A DNA stretch of 64,000 nucleotides. It comes from Pristiophorus japonicus (Eukaryota). The position numbers and the translations under genes are program-made. This document shows positions 50,330 through 63,928 of this stretch, piece by piece (position 1 is the stretch's first letter; every line of letters begins with the position of its first letter). The notes under the pieces were generated by a model that did no database searches, was not told the DNA's origin, and worked only from the letters and a program-made list of their open reading frames with translations. The stretch covers positions 96,224,001 through 96,288,000 of the forward strand of contig NC_091985.1 of NCBI RefSeq assembly GCF_044704955.1. Direction: 5' to 3'.

Positions 50330-51741
50330 ACTCTTTTTGGAGTTCACCTGCAAAAACATAAAACATTAAACGGTGCCACCCGACCTGGGTGACACTCCAG
50401 ACATTTACAAGGCCCTTTTTTTTTCCCCCTTTTTTTTGTGTTTTTCTTTTTTTGTTTTTCTTTTTTTGGTTTTTTTTTTGGGCACTAAAATCACAATTTT
50501 CCCCAGTGCCCCCTATAAAAGGAAAGGGGGACACTAAAAGCACCGGCAATTAAAACAAATTAAACTTAAAAACGTAAAATCAAATTAAAATTTGGTTGCC
50601 GGGCGTGATGATGCACTCCAGTCCCTCCGGTGCCCACCTCTCGCGGAAGGCCGCGAGTGTACCGGTGGACACCGCGTGCTCCATCTCCAAGGACACCCTG
50701 GACCGGATGTAAGAGCGGAAGAGAGGCAGGCAGTCAGGTTGAACGACCCCCTCGACCGCCCGCTGCCTGGACCGGCTGATGGCATCCTTGGCCGTGTACC
50801 AGGAGCAGTCCTACGAGGAGGCCCTCGGACCTACCCGCTCCCCTCAGCACAGGGTGCCCAAAGATCAGGAGAGTGGGACTGAAGTGCAGCCAGAATTTCA
50901 GGAGCAGCCCCTTCAAATAATAAAACAGGGGCTGCAACCTTGTGCATTCCATAAAAACATGGAACACGGACTCTTCCAGACCGCAGAAATTGCAGGCGGC
51001 CTGGGACTCCGTGAACCGGCTTAAAAATTTGTTGCACGGCACTGCTCCGTGCACCACCCTCCAGGCCAAGTCCCCGATGAATAGTGGGAGGACCCCTGCG
51101 TAGAGTGCCCTCCATCGGGGACCCCCGCCTCCTCCGGACGGCAAGATGGTACGCCATGGCGTGTCTGGACGGCCGGCGAGGATGGCAAAGTTGAGGGTGT
51201 GCAGGAGCAGCCCGTACAGGAAACCCCTCCGCGCGGAACTGAAAGGCACGGAGGGGATTTCCCCGAGGCGGCTCAAGTTGTGAGGCGCCGGCCCCCGAGG
51301 GAGGTTCCGGGGTTTGGCGCCGATGAGGAATTCCGTCCGGACGGGGGTCAGTTCGGACGGGATCTCCCCACGTGCTTGAGCCTCCTCGATGCACCTAACG
51401 GAGTCAGGGCCCAGAGCTGTTTTTAGCGACTCGATGGCATCGGCCGCGTGGCGGACGTTGGCAGAATTTAGGCGCCGCGCCAGCGTGTCTGGCGCCATCC
51501 AGCCCGCTCCTCCGCCATCGAGCAGGTCCCTGACCCTGGTCACCTCACCAGCCACAGCCCTCTCTTCCGACCGCCACATAAAACCTCGGCCGTGGAGGTA
51601 CGGATTCCCGAGCAGCGGTTCCTGCAGGACGGCCGCCACTCCAGCCGGCGGAGAGCTGCGCTTGGTGGAGACTTTGTTCCAGACCCTGATGAGTTCCCTG
51701 TAAAAGACAGGCAGCTCCCGGAGGGCGGTCCTGGCACCCCC
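50330..51741 (-). mobile_element. Tx1/L1-clade non-LTR retrotransposon, 5'-truncated (ORF2 C-terminal Zn finger + 3' UTR)
   Basis: GDLAWRVVHGAV...CNFCGLEESVFHVFMEC (zf-RVT type); stop at ~50580 after one frameshift; A-rich 3' UTR; 14-bp TSD TCCTTGTG(C/T)ATGAA at 50316-50329 / 51742-51755. Confidence 0.9.
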
Positions 51742-52812
51742 TCCTTGTGTATGAATCCCAAAAAGTTAGTTTGCAGGTGCAGCAGGTAATCAGGAAGGCG
51801 AATGGAATGTTGGCCTTCATTGCGAGAGGGATGGAGTACAAAAGCAGGGAGGTACTGCTGCAACTGTAGAGGGTATTGGTAAGGCCACACCTGGAGTACT
51901 GCGTGCAGTTTTGGTCACCTTACTTAAGGAAGGATATACTAGCTTTGGAGGGGGTACAGAGATGATTCACTCAGCTGATTCCGGAGATGAGGGGGTTACC
52001 TTATGATGATAGATTGAGTAGACTGGGTCTTTACTCGTTGGAGTTCAGAAGGATGAGGGGTGATCTGATAGAAACATTTAAAATAATGAAAGGGATAGAC
52101 AAGATAGAGGCAGAGAGGTTGTTTCTACTGGTCGGGGAGACTAGAACTAGGGGGCACAGCCTCAAAATACGGGGGAGCCAATTTAAAGCCGAGTTGAGAA
52201 GGAATTTCTTCTCCCAGAGTGTTGCGAATCTGTGGAATTCTCTGCCCAAGGAAGCAGTTGAGGCTAGCTCATTGAATGTATTCAAATCACAGATAGATAG
52301 ATTTTTAACCAATAAGGGAATTAAGGGTTACGGGAAGCGGGCGGGTAAATGGAACTGAGTCAACGGCCAGATCAGCCATATCTTGTTGAATGGCGGAGCA
52401 GGCTCGAGGGGCTAGATGGCCTCTTCCTGTTCCTAATTCTTATGTTCTTATGTTCTTATGTAATCCTCATAAAACTGTGTGCTTGTTCCGCCTGCTGCTC
52501 TCTGGCCAAAGAGAATAAAATGTATTCCACTCTCTTGGAATACAGAGCTTCAGTTATCTCCGTGATGCAACAGTGGAAGATGTTGCAAATATGTCCTGCT
52601 CCAGTCTGGAAGGAGCCCGATGCATAAAAGGTCATGGCCACCGTGACCTTCACAGCCAGTGGAAATGCGGTCTTCGTTCTACTTAGGTTGCAATTGTGGC
52701 TGCAGCAGGTGGCAGATTTCAGTGAGAATGTCCGTGGTGAAGCGCAGACGCCTGTCACTGTTGCTCGCTGAGGTTCAGGTAGTATTGCTCCTTGAAAACC
52801 TTGGGTGGATAG

Positions 52813-54460
52813 GGGGGGCTGAAATTCAGGTGCTGATTTTTTAGCTGGTAGTCACCGCTGGAACTCTTGGTGCAGTGAGTTAATACATTTTCAGGTCTTT
52901 GAATTTTTTTACAAATCCTACAAGAAATGGATCATAATGGGGGGCGGGCCTTAGACTCAAAGCCAGGCTGACTGGCTGAAAATGGGTCGTTGGGGCGTCC
53001 GCTGCTGTTAATCAACGTGGTGACATCACAGCGCGGGTGCGTCACCATGCTCTTTCCCCTCCGTTAAAGGGGAGAGATTTGATCATTTTTTCACTTTGGC
53101 CATTAGGCCACCAGGGAGAAACATAGAAAATAGGTGCAGGAGTAGGCCATTCGGCCCTTCGAGTCTGCACCGCCATTCAACGAGTTCATGGCTGAACATG
53201 CAACTTCAGTACCCCGTTCCTGCTTTCTCGCCATAGCCCTTGATCCCCCTAGTATAAGGACTACATCTAACTCCTTCTTGAATATATTTAGTGAATTGGC
53301 CTCAACAACTTTCTGTGGTCGAGAATTCCACACGTTCACCACTCTCTGGGTGAAGAAGTTTCTTCTCATCTCGGTCCTAAATGGCTTACTCCTTATCCTT
53401 AGACTGTGACCCCTGCTTCTGGACTTCCCCAACATTGGGAACATTCTTTCTGCATCTACCCTGTCTAAACCCGTCAGAATTTTAAACGTTTCTATGAGAT
53501 CCCCTCTCATTCGTCTGAACTCCAGTGAATACAAGCCCAGTTGATCCAGTCTTTCTTGATATGTCAGTCCCGCCATCCTGGGAATCAGTCTGGTGAACCT
53601 TCGCTGCACTCCCTCAATAGCAAGAACATCCTTCCTCAAGTTAGGAGACCAAAACTGTACACAATACTCCAGGTGTGGCCTCACCAAGGCCCTGTACAAC
53701 TGTAGTAACACCTCCCTGCCCCTGTACTCAAATCCCCTCGCTATGAAGGTCAACATGCCATTTGCTTTCCTAACCGCCTGCTGTACCTGCATGCCAACCT
53801 TCAATGACTGATGTACCATGACACCCAGGTCTCGTTGCACCTCCCCTTTTCCTAATTTGTCACCATTCAGATAATAGTCTGTCTCTCTGTTTTTACCACC
53901 AAAGTGGATAACCTCACATTTATCCACATTATACTTCATCTGCCATGCATTTGCCCACTCACCTAACCTATCCAAGTCACTCTGCAGTCTCATAGCATGC
54001 TCCTCGAAGCTCACACTGCCACCCAACTTCGTGTCATCCGCAAATTTGGAGATATTACATTTAATCCCCTCGTCTAAATCATTAATGTACAGTGTAAACA
54101 GCTGGGGCCCCAGCACAGAACCTTGCGGTACCCCATGAGTCACTGCCTGCCATTCTGAAAAATACCCATTAACTCCTACTCTTTACTTCCTGTCTGCCAA
54201 CCAGTTCTCAATCCACGTCAGCACACTACCCCCAATCCCATGTGCTTTAACTTTGCACATTAATCTCTTACGTGGGAGTTTAGGCCGGCCCAGCGGCCTG
54301 GCATCCAAGAGAGGGTGCCAGGCTGCCCGTTGGCGGCCTGGCCGAACCCAGGTGGAAATTTTTGCCGTCCAATTGGCAAGTCGGCTGCCAAAATTGTTTT
54401 TATTGCGGCCGCAGCAATAGGCCCTTCCCTTTAAGGGCGGCGCGCTGCCTTTGGTCATCC
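52813..54460. mobile_element. Second copy of the 655-1441 MITE family, interrupted by a CR1 and truncated on the right
   Basis: Begins GGGGGCTGAAATTCAGGT; shares TTAAAGGGGAGAG...GGCCACCAGGGAG...GCCTGGCATCCAAGAG with 890-1070. Confidence 0.78.
53119..54273 (-). mobile_element. Young 5'-truncated CR1
   Basis: ORF 53103-54143 encodes the RT C-terminal half; TSD GGGAG at 53114-53118 / 54274-54278. Confidence 0.93.
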
Positions 54461-54461
54461 G

Positions 54462-54580
54462 TCCTAATATCTCCTTTTGTGGCTCTGTATTAAATTTTGG
54501 TTTCTTAACGCTCCTGTGAAGCGCCTTTGGGATGTTTTATTATGTTAAAGGTGCTATATAAATGCAAGTCATTGTTGTTT
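54462..54580 (+). mobile_element. L2/SINE 3' tail fragment
   Basis: CCTGTGAAGCGCCTTTGGGATG...AAAGGTGCTATATAAATGCAAG followed by (TTG)n. Confidence 0.7.
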
Positions 54581-55212
54581 TTAAAATAGCGCTAATGGGA
54601 GATCCTTCCTGCTGCTAAATGCGTGTTCCACTGTGTGAGCTTGAGAGCATTAGTTGGAGAGTTGAGCTTGCATCACGATCTGCCTACTCTGCATAATTCC
54701 GGTGCACGCTCTGTGCACCCACGCCGCTAATGCCTAATCAAGATGGCACCTAGCTCAACCCGCACCGGAGGTGTGCACGCGTGCCGCCGACGCCATTTTG
54801 GAATCAAAATGGAACTCAGTGCCCGGAGCTGAATTTTGTTGCTCATACCATTTAACTTCTTCCTTATTCATTGCATTTTGTCTTTAGTCAGCCTCAAAGC
54901 ATCAACTACATTTTTCAGAATGTTACTTTTAATGTACTATCAGATCTCCTATGGCATTACTCAAGGTGAGCAAGAGGATATGCTGCTTTATAATAATAGG
55001 AGTCTTATACATGAAACAAAGAAAATATTATAAGATAACTTCCTGTGGTATTGCTCATGACAAAGAAATTTCTTTACGTAACTTTCTTCTTACTTTCTAA
55101 TCTTTAATTTATTTTGTGCTCTTCCCTGTCTTCCACCGTTTATTCCTCTCTCTGTAGGCCTGTCACAGATTTCACATTGTAATGTCTATATCACTGCTTG
55201 TGTCCTACTCTT

Positions 55213-58200
55213 AGAAATATAGAAACATAGAAAGTAGGTGCAGGAGCAGGCCATTCGGCCCTTCGAGCCTGCACCACCATTCAATATGATCATGGCTGAT
55301 CATCCAACTTCAGTACCCCATTCCTGCTTTCCCTCCATACCCCTTGATCCCTTTAGCCGTAAGGGCCACATCTAACTCCCTTTTGAATATATCTAACGAA
55401 CTGGCCTCAACAACTTTCTGTGGTCGAGAATTCCACAGGTTCACAATTCTCTGAGTGAAGAAGTTTCTCCTCATCTCGGTCCTAAATGGCTTACCCCTTA
55501 TCCTTAGACTGTGACCCCTGGTTCTGGATTTCCCCAACATCGGGAACATTCTTCCTGCATAAAATCTGTCCAATCCCGTCAGAATTTTATATGTTTCTAT
55601 GAGATCCCCTCTCATTCTTCTAAATTCCAGTGAATATAAGCCTAGTCGATCCAGTCTTTCTTCATATGTCAGTCCTGCCATCCCGGGAATCAGTCTGGAA
55701 ACCTTCGTTACACTCCCTCAATAGCAAGAATGTCCTTCCTCAGATTAGGAGACAAAACTGCACACAATACTCAAGGTGTGGTCTCAACATGCCCTGTACA
55801 ACTGCAGTAAGACTTTCCTGCTCCTATACTCAAATCCCTTTGTTATGAAGGCCAGCATGCCATTAGCTTTCTTCACCGTCTGCTGTACCTGCATGCCTAC
55901 CTTCAATGACTGATGTACCATGACACCCAGGTCTCATTGCACCTCCCTTTTTACTAATCTGTCACCATTCAGATAATAATCTGCCTTCCTGTCTTTGCCA
56001 CCAAAGTGGATAACCTCACATTATCCACATTATACTGCATCTGCCATGCATTTGCCCATTCACCTAACCTGTCCAAGTCCGCTTGCAGCCTCCTAGCATC
56101 CTCCTCACAGCTCACACTGCCACCCAGCTTAGTGTCATCTGCAAACTTGGAGATATTACACTCAATTCCTTCGTCTAAATCATTAATATATATTGTAAAT
56201 AGCTGGGGTCCCAGCACTGAACCCTGCGGCACCACACTAGTCACTGCCTGCCATTCTGAAAAGGACCCGTTTATTCCCACTCTTTGCTTCCTGTCTGCCA
56301 ACCAGTTCTCTATCCACGTCAATACATTACCCCCAATACCATGTGCCTTAATTTTGCACACTAATCTCTTGTGTGGGACCTTGTCAAAAGCCTTTTGAAA
56401 GTCCAAATACACCACATCCACTGGTTCTCCCTTATCCACTCTATTCGTTACATCCTCAAAAAACTCTAGAAGATTTGTCAAGCATGATTTCCCTTTCATA
56501 AATCCATGCTGACTTGGACCGATCCTGTCACTGCTTTCCAAATGCGCTGCTATTACATCTTGAATAATTGATTCCAACATTTTCCCCACTACTGATGTCA
56601 GGCTAACCAGTCTATAATTCCTGGTTTTCTCTCTCCCTCCTTTTTTAAAAAGTGGGGTTACATTACCTACCCTCCAATCCATAGGAACTGAACCAGAGTC
56701 CATGGAATGTTGGAAAATGACCAGCAATGCATCTACTATTTCAAGGGCCACTTCCTTAAGTACTCTGGGATGCAGACTATCAGGCCCTAGGGATTTATCG
56801 GCCTTCAGTTCCTTCAATTTCCCTAACACAATTTCCTGACTAATAAAGAATTTCCCTCAGTTTCCCCTTCTCGCTAGACCCTCGGTCCCCTAGTATTTTC
56901 GGGAGGTTATTTGTGTCTTCCTTAGTGAAGACAGAACCAAAATATTTGTTCAATTGGTCTGCCATTTCCTTGTTCCCCATTATGAATTCCCCTGATTCTG
57001 AGTGCAAGGGACCTACATTAGTCTTCACTAATCTTTTTCTCTTCACATATCTATCGAAGCTTTTGCAGTCAGTTTTTATGTTCCCTGCAAGCTTAATCTC
57101 ATACTCTATTTTCCCCCTCCTAATTAAACCCTTCGTCCTCCTCTGCTGAATTCTAAATTTCTCCCACTCCTCAGGTTTGCTGCTTTTTCTGGCCAATTTA
57201 TATGCCTGTTCCTTGGATTTAACACTTTCCCTAATTTCCCTTGTTAGCCACGGTTGAGCCACCTTCCCTTTTTTATTCTTACGCCACACAGGGATGTACA
57301 ATTGTTGTATTTCATCCATGTGATATTTAAATATCTACCATGGCCTATCCACCGTCAACCCTTTTAGTACCATTCTCAATTCTATCCTAGCCAATTTACA
57401 TCTCATACCGTCGAAGTTTCCTTTCTTTAAGTTCAGGACCCTAGTCTCTGAATTAACTGTGTCACTCTCCATCTTAATGAAGAATTCTACCATATTATGG
57501 TCACTCTTCCCCAAGGGGCCCCTCACGACCAGATTGGTAATTAATCCTCTCTCGTTACACAAGACCCAGTCTAGGATGGCCTGCTCTCTAGTTGGTTCCT
57601 CGACATATTGGTCTAGAAAACCATCCCTTATACACTCCAGGAAATCCTCCTCCACAGTATTGCCCAATCAATATGCAGATTAAAGTTACCCATGATAACT
57701 GCTGTACCCTTACTGCACATGTCCCTAATTTCCTGTTTGATGCCATCCCCAACCTCCCTACTACTATTTGGTGGTCTGTACGCAACTCCCACTAACGTTT
57801 TCTGTCCTTTGGTGTTTCGCAGCTCTACCCATATAGATTCCACATCATCCACGCTAATGTCCTTCTTTACTATTGCGTTAATCTCCTCTTTAACCAGTAA
57901 CGCTATCCCACCTCCTTTTCCTTCCTGTCTGTCCTTCCTGAATATTGAATACCCCTGGATGTTGAGTTCCCAGCCTTGGTTACCCTGGAGCTATGTATCG
58001 GTAATCCCAATTACATCATATCCATTAACAGCTATCTGAGCAGTCAATTCATCCACCTTATTACGAATGCTCCTTGCATTGAGACTCAGAGCCTTCAGGC
58101 TTGTTTTTTTAACACTCTTTGACCTTTTAGAATTATGTTGTAATGTGGCCCTTTTTGATTTTTGCCCTTGATTTCTCTGTCCTCCACTCTTGCATTTCTC
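55213..58200 (-). mobile_element. CR1 with nearly complete but frameshifted ORF2
   Basis: ORFs 57628-57852, 57335-57667, 56840-57319, 55969-56829 and 55310-55681; tail AGAAACATAG at ~55213-55230. Confidence 0.93.
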
Positions 58201-58504
58201 CTTCCTTTCTTTTTCTCATTGTTTCTCTACTCTTTCTCTAAGTCTTTCATCATCTTTCTTCTGTTTGGCACCCATAGCCACTGTATAGTTTTCAAACATT
58301 TCTTTGCTAATTTATGCAATTTCTTCCTCTTACCATTTAAGCACAAGTTGCACCAGATATTTTCTTAGTGTCAGCAGTACTGAGCACTCCCACAATTGGC
58401 TCTCATGACCCCTACAATCTGGAATGCACCTTTTCTGTCCAAATATCTAGATATACAATAGCATGAACCAAAAATAAGTTTTACTTACACAATGTAAGTC
58501 AAAG

Positions 58505-58978
58505 TGTGTCAGCCATGGCTCTATGGGTAGCACTCTCGCATCTGAGTTACAAGGTTGTGGGTTCAAGTCCCACTCTACCAGAGACTTGAGCACATAATCT
58601 AAGCCGACACTCCAGTGCAGTACTGAGGTAGTGGTGCATTGTCAGAGGTGCCATCTTTTGGATGAGCTGTTAAACCATTGCCCCGTCCGCCCGCTCAGGT
58701 GGATATAAAAGATACACTGGCACTACACTATTTCGAAGAAGAGCAGGGGAGTTCTCCCTGGTGTCCTGGCCAATATGTATCCCTCAACCAACACCTCAAA
58801 AAACAATTCTGGTCATTATCACAATGCTGTTTGTGTGAGCTTGCTGTGTGCATGTTGGCTGCTGCGTTTTGTACATTACAACAGTAAATACACTTCAAAA
58901 GTACTTAATTGGCTGTAAATCGCTTTGGAATGTTCTGAGGTTGTGAATGAAACTATATAAATGCAAATCTTTTTTTTT
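58505..58978 (+). mobile_element. tRNA-derived SINE (Deu-domain, SacSINE1-like), full length
   Basis: A box TGGCTCTATGG, B box GGTTCAAGTCC, core TTCGAAGAAGAGCAGGGGAGTT, tail CTATATAAATGCAAATC(T)n. Confidence 0.85.
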
Positions 58979-59206
58979 CAAGATAGATGAACAAACACAG
59001 TTTTTAAACGTGTTGAGATAAATATTTCCCTATAAAACTACAAAGACACGATTCACTTTTTCTCTGAACAGAAGACTACTAAGAGTAACCTCTCTCTAGA
59101 ATATCTCCTGGTTGTGGTGGTACAGACTTTAAACAACAAAAACAATAATTACTTGTATTTATATAGCACCTCTAATGTAGTGTAAACTCCCAAGGTGCTT
59201 CACAGG

Positions 59207-62200
59207 TGTCATGTATCTTACATTATTATATATAACTGTATCCTAACATGCCATACATGACTATAATAAGATATGACCTGTAACCACCAGCATACCTTAC
59301 CACCAGGGGTGCACTTGCAAGAGACAGGTATATAAGGACGGGTCTCAGGCAAGTGCAGCATTCCAGAGCTGTGAAATAAAGGTGCAGGTCCAGAGTGACC
59401 TTGACTTCACTACATGCCTCGTGTGAATCTGTACTGAGGGGACAGGACTTTACAGTGACGACGATTTACGGAATTACAGAATGGCGAACAACGGATCAGA
59501 TGAAAAGTACAATGCGAGAGACAATTGGGAGGACTTTATAGAAAGGCTCCAGCAAAGCTTTGTAACTAAAGACTGGTTAGGCGACGATAAGGCAGACAAG
59601 AGAAGAGCCCATCTCTTGACCAGCTGTGGCTCGAAAACATATGCTTTAATGAAGGATCTGTTGGCACCCGAGAAACCTGCAAGCAAGTCGTTTGAAGAAT
59701 TCAGCACACTGGTAAGAGACCACCTGAAGCCAGCGAGCAGCCTACACATGGCCAGACACAGGTTCTACAACTACAGACGCTGTGTGGGCCAGAGCATACC
59801 CGACTTCGTGGCGGAACTTCGGAAGTTGGCTGGTTTATGTGAGTTCTCCGATGAACTGAGGAGAGAAATGCTGAGAGACTTTTTCATTGAAGGAATAGGC
59901 CACGCAGGCAATTCCGAAAGCTCATAGAGACCAAGAACCTGACCTTAGAGGCAGCAGCACTGGTTGCACAGACTTTCTTGGTAGGGGAAGAAGAAACGAG
60001 GTTGATTTACAATGCAGGTACGACAACTAACAAAATATCAGAACAAGCAGTTCACAGCACTAAACGAGCTGCTACCCCCACACACAGACAAAACTGGGAG
60101 AACAGGCTCTCGAAAGCAGGCAGAAGCCATCAAGGGCCACAGGAATGGCTGTTCACACCTCATCAACCCACAATGCGAGCAATCAACTACAAGCTGAGAG
60201 AAGCTCAAGAGAGATCAGCCAGATGCAGCTCATTCTTTGGGAATACTTTGAACAATGAAACAGGTCTGTGCTGGAGGTGTGGGGGTGAGCACTCATCAAG
60301 GGGATGTTGATTTCAGCAGGCTGTTTGCAGAAATTGTGAATCAACAGGGCATTTGGCCCGCATGTGCAAAAAAACGGCAGCTCGGCTGGTATACGAATCA
60401 GATGGGTCGGAAAGCGGACCAGAAGATGGTGGGGACAGTATCCGGGACACCGATGTACAGTGGGTCAACACGATCAATGGCCGCTGCTCCTACAACAGGA
60501 CGCCTCCTATAATGATGAGGGTCCTACTCAACGGGATATCTGTCAACATGGAGCTGGATACGGGAGCGAGTCAATCGCTCATGGGCGCTCAACAATTTGA
60601 ACAACTGTGGCCGCATAAAAGAGACAGACCAAAACTCACAAGGGTTGACACCAAACTGAGGACCTATACCAAAGAAATCGTACCAGTCCTCGGCAGCGCC
60701 ATGCTCTCTGTCACACACAAAGGGACAGTGAACCGACTTCCCCTGTGGATTGTCCCCGGAGACCCCCCAGCACTGCTGGGGAGAAGCTGGCTGGCAAAAC
60801 TAAACTGGAAATGGGATGATGTCCATGCCATGGCATTAGAGGAACGGACCTCCTGCTCAACAGTTATAAAGCAATTTGAACATCTCTTTCAGCCAGGTGT
60901 GGGCACTTTCAAAGGGGCCAAAGTCAAAATCTACATCACACAGGATGCTAGACCGGTCCATCACAAGGCCAGAGCTGTACCCTATGTGATGAGGGAAAAG
61001 ATTGAACACGAACTAGACAGGCTTCTGCGGGAAGGCATTATATCACCTATGGAATTTAGCGACTGGGCAAGTCCCATCGTCCCAGTCATGAAGCTTCATG
61101 GATCTGTACGAATCTGTGGGGACTACAAATCTACCATAAACAGAATCTCCCTACAGGACCAGTACCCGCTGCCCAGAGCGGAGGACTTATTTGCCACATT
61201 GGCTGGAGGTAAACTTTTCTCAAAATTAGACCTTGCATCTGCATATATGACGCAAGAATTGACCGAGGAATCTAAGCTACTCACCACCATCAACACACAT
61301 CGAGGCCTTTTCATGTACAATCGATGTCCATTCGGCATCAGGTCGGCAGCTGCCATATTCCAGCGCAACATGAAGAGTCTGCTCAAGTCCATCCCGGGGA
61401 CGGTTGTATTTCAAGACGACATACTTATCACGGGCAGGGACACCATCTCCCATCTCCGTAATTTGGAGGAAGTACTAAAGCGGTTGGATCGGGTAGGCCT
61501 ACGAGTCAAGAAATCCAAGTGCCTGTTTCTTGCACCCGAAGTTGAATTTTTGGGCAGAAGGATTGCCGCTGATGGAATCTGCCCAACAGAGTCCAAAACA
61601 GAAGCAATTCGCCTGGCACCCAGGCCCCGGAATGTCTCAGAACTGCGTGCCTTTCTCGAGCTACTCAATTACTTTGGGAACTTAAGCACACTGCTGGAGC
61701 CTCTTCACGTGCTACTCAGGAAGGGGTGCGATTGGTTTTGGGGGGACGCCCAGGAACGCGCCTTCAATAAGGCACGCAACCTTCAGTGTTCCAAAAGTGT
61801 TTTGACTTTCTTTGACCCAGGTAAAAAGCTAGTTCTTACATGCGATGCGTCAGCGTATGGGGTCGGGTGTGTTTTGCAACATGTCAATAGTGCGGGCAAA
61901 TTACAACCCATAGCTTATGCCTCCAGATCACTTTCGCGGGCGGAGCGCGGGTACGGAATGGTAGAGAAGGAGGCGCTCGCATGCGTGTATGGTGTCAAAA
62001 AGATGCACCAATACCTTTTCGGGGCCAAGTTCGCGTTAGAAACCGACCACAAGCCCCTCATGTCCCTCCCATCTGAGAGCAAGGCAATAAACGCCAATGC
62101 CTCGGCGCGAATTCAACGGTGGGCACTCATGCTGGCGTCCTACGACTACACAATAAGGCACAGACCAGGCACAGACAACTGTGCCGTCGCGCTCAGCAGG

Positions 62201-63928
62201 CTACCCCTGGCGACCATGGAAGGGTCTGACGAACAGGACTGTGAGATAGTCATGGCAATCAATGCCTTTTGAGTCCACAGGTTCGCCCATGACGGCTCGC
62301 CAAATCAGAAACTGGACGGCCAGCGACCCCACGTTATCCTTAGTAAAAAGATTTGTCCTAACTGGTGACTGGGCAGAGGCTCACGATGCCTGCCCCGAGG
62401 AATTAAAACCCTTTTACAGGCGCATGCATGAGCTATCACTTCAAGCAGACTGCCTGATGTGGGGCAGCCGAGTAGTCATGCCTCTGCGAAGCAGAGAGGC
62501 ATTTGTCCAGGAGCTCCACCGCGCGCACCCGGGGATCGTTCTCATGAAGGCCATAGCCAGATCCCACGTCTGGTGGCTTGGTATTGACGCGGATTTGGAG
62601 CCCTGCATCCGAAGGTGCACCATTTGTGCCCAACTCAGCAATGCCCCCAGGGAGGCTCCACTGAGCCCCTGGCCCTGGCCTACCAAACTGTGGTCGCGGG
62701 TGCACGTCGACTATGCGGGCCCATTCATGGGCAAAATGTTCCTCGTAGTTGTAGATGCATTTTGAAAGTGGATCGAATGCACCATTTTAAACTCGAGCAC
62801 TACCTCCACCACTGTGGAGAGCCTCGCAACCATGTTAGCAATGCACGGAATCCCTGACATATTGGTCAGTGACAATGGTCCGTGCTTCACCAGCGCAGAA
62901 TTCCAAGACTTTATAATTGACCACGGCATAAATCACGTCAAGACAGCACCGTTCAAGCCGGCCTCCAACGGCCAGGCGGAGAGAGCAGTGCAAATCATTA
63001 AACAAGGCATGCTTAAAATCCAAGGTCCCACGCTGCAGGGTCGCCTGTCGCGACTGCTGCTGGCATACAGATCTCGTCCGCACTCACTGACTGGGATCCC
63101 CCCGCGCAACTGTTGATGAAAAGGACTTTAAAAACAAGGCTCTCATTAATCCTCCCAGACATGCACAAAATCAGTGAGGCAAAGCGCCGTAAGCTGACTG
63201 AGTACCATGACAGAAATTCGAGGGGGAGATGGAATGAGATAGGGGACAAAGTGTTTGTACTAAACTATTGCAGGGGTCCCAAATGGCTTGCAGGGACAGC
63301 AACGGGCAAGGAAGGAAACAGGCTACTGGTAGTACAAATGGACAATGGCAAAACCTGCCGCAGGCATGTAGACCAAAGCAAAAGTAGATTTACCAACAAC
63401 ACTGCGGAACCAGAGGCAGACTACAATGTGGAACTCGCACCACACCTGGTGGACAGACAGAGGAAACAACCTGAGGGAAGGGCAATCCCAACAGACAGCC
63501 CAGTTGAGTCAACAACAAACACACCAATTGAAACAGACAGCCTAGGCGAGATACCAGCAACCACACCCAAAGAAAAACAGACACCAAGGCAAACAACTGA
63601 ACCACAAATCAGACGCTCCACGCGAGAGCGTAGACCACCTGAGAGGCTGAACCTGTAAAGACAATAAGACCTTGGGGGAGGGTGATGTCATGTATCTTAC
63701 ATTATATATAACTGTATCCTAACATGCTGTACATGACTGTAATAAGATATGACCTGTAACCACCAGCATACCTTACCACCAGGGGTGCACTTGCAAGAGA
63801 CAGGTATATAAGGACAGGTCTCAGGCAAGTGCAGCATTCCAGAGCTGTGAAATAAAGATGCAGGTCCAGAGTGACCTTGACTTCACTACATGCCTCGTGA
63901 ATCTGTACTGAGGGGACAGGACTTTACA
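59207..63928 (+). mobile_element. Full-length Gypsy (Mag-like) LTR retrotransposon, degenerate
   Basis: LTRs 59207-59454 and 63686-63928; perfect 5-bp TSD ACAGG; PBS-like GTGACGACGA; PPT GGGGGAGGGTGA. Confidence 0.96.
59481..63658 (+). pseudogene. pol: gag-pol: Gag, protease, RT, RNase H, integrase, with frameshifts and stops
   Basis: NWEDFIERL, CWRCGGEH, LDTGAS, WASPIVPV, FQDD, CDASAYGVG, TDHKPL, HRAHPG...CTIC, SDNGPCF and GPKW motifs. Confidence 0.95.

Larger units (their letters stand above)
42247..52459 (+). mobile_element. Near full-length CR1 (host copy) in pieces 42247-43954, 48764-50329 and 51742-52459
   Basis: Esterase ORF1 ending at 42908; ORF2 endonuclease to SDH, then RT after 48764; (TTCTTATG)n tail; flanks TGCAA/TGTAA rejoin the Harbinger nuclease. 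Confidence 0.92.
36859..54844. mobile_element. Decayed Harbinger transposon #3, expanded by nested insertions
   Basis: Myb-like gene on + from 37310 (MAQHGRERAPKFSDTSLEA, KKLNDL, DKVTHNRRQ). Nuclease on - in collinear pieces: 52460-52810 (PLAVKVTVAMTFYASGSFQ), 42083-42246 (GAIDCIH, NQKGFHSLNVHLVCD), 40020-40490 (PGSNHDA, GDKGY). Termini are tentative. Confidence 0.78.

Noticed and set aside
58510-58575. tRNA gene
   Set aside because: The A and B boxes belong to a SINE head followed by SINE body and tail; no complete cloverleaf. The same applies at ~42015-42080.
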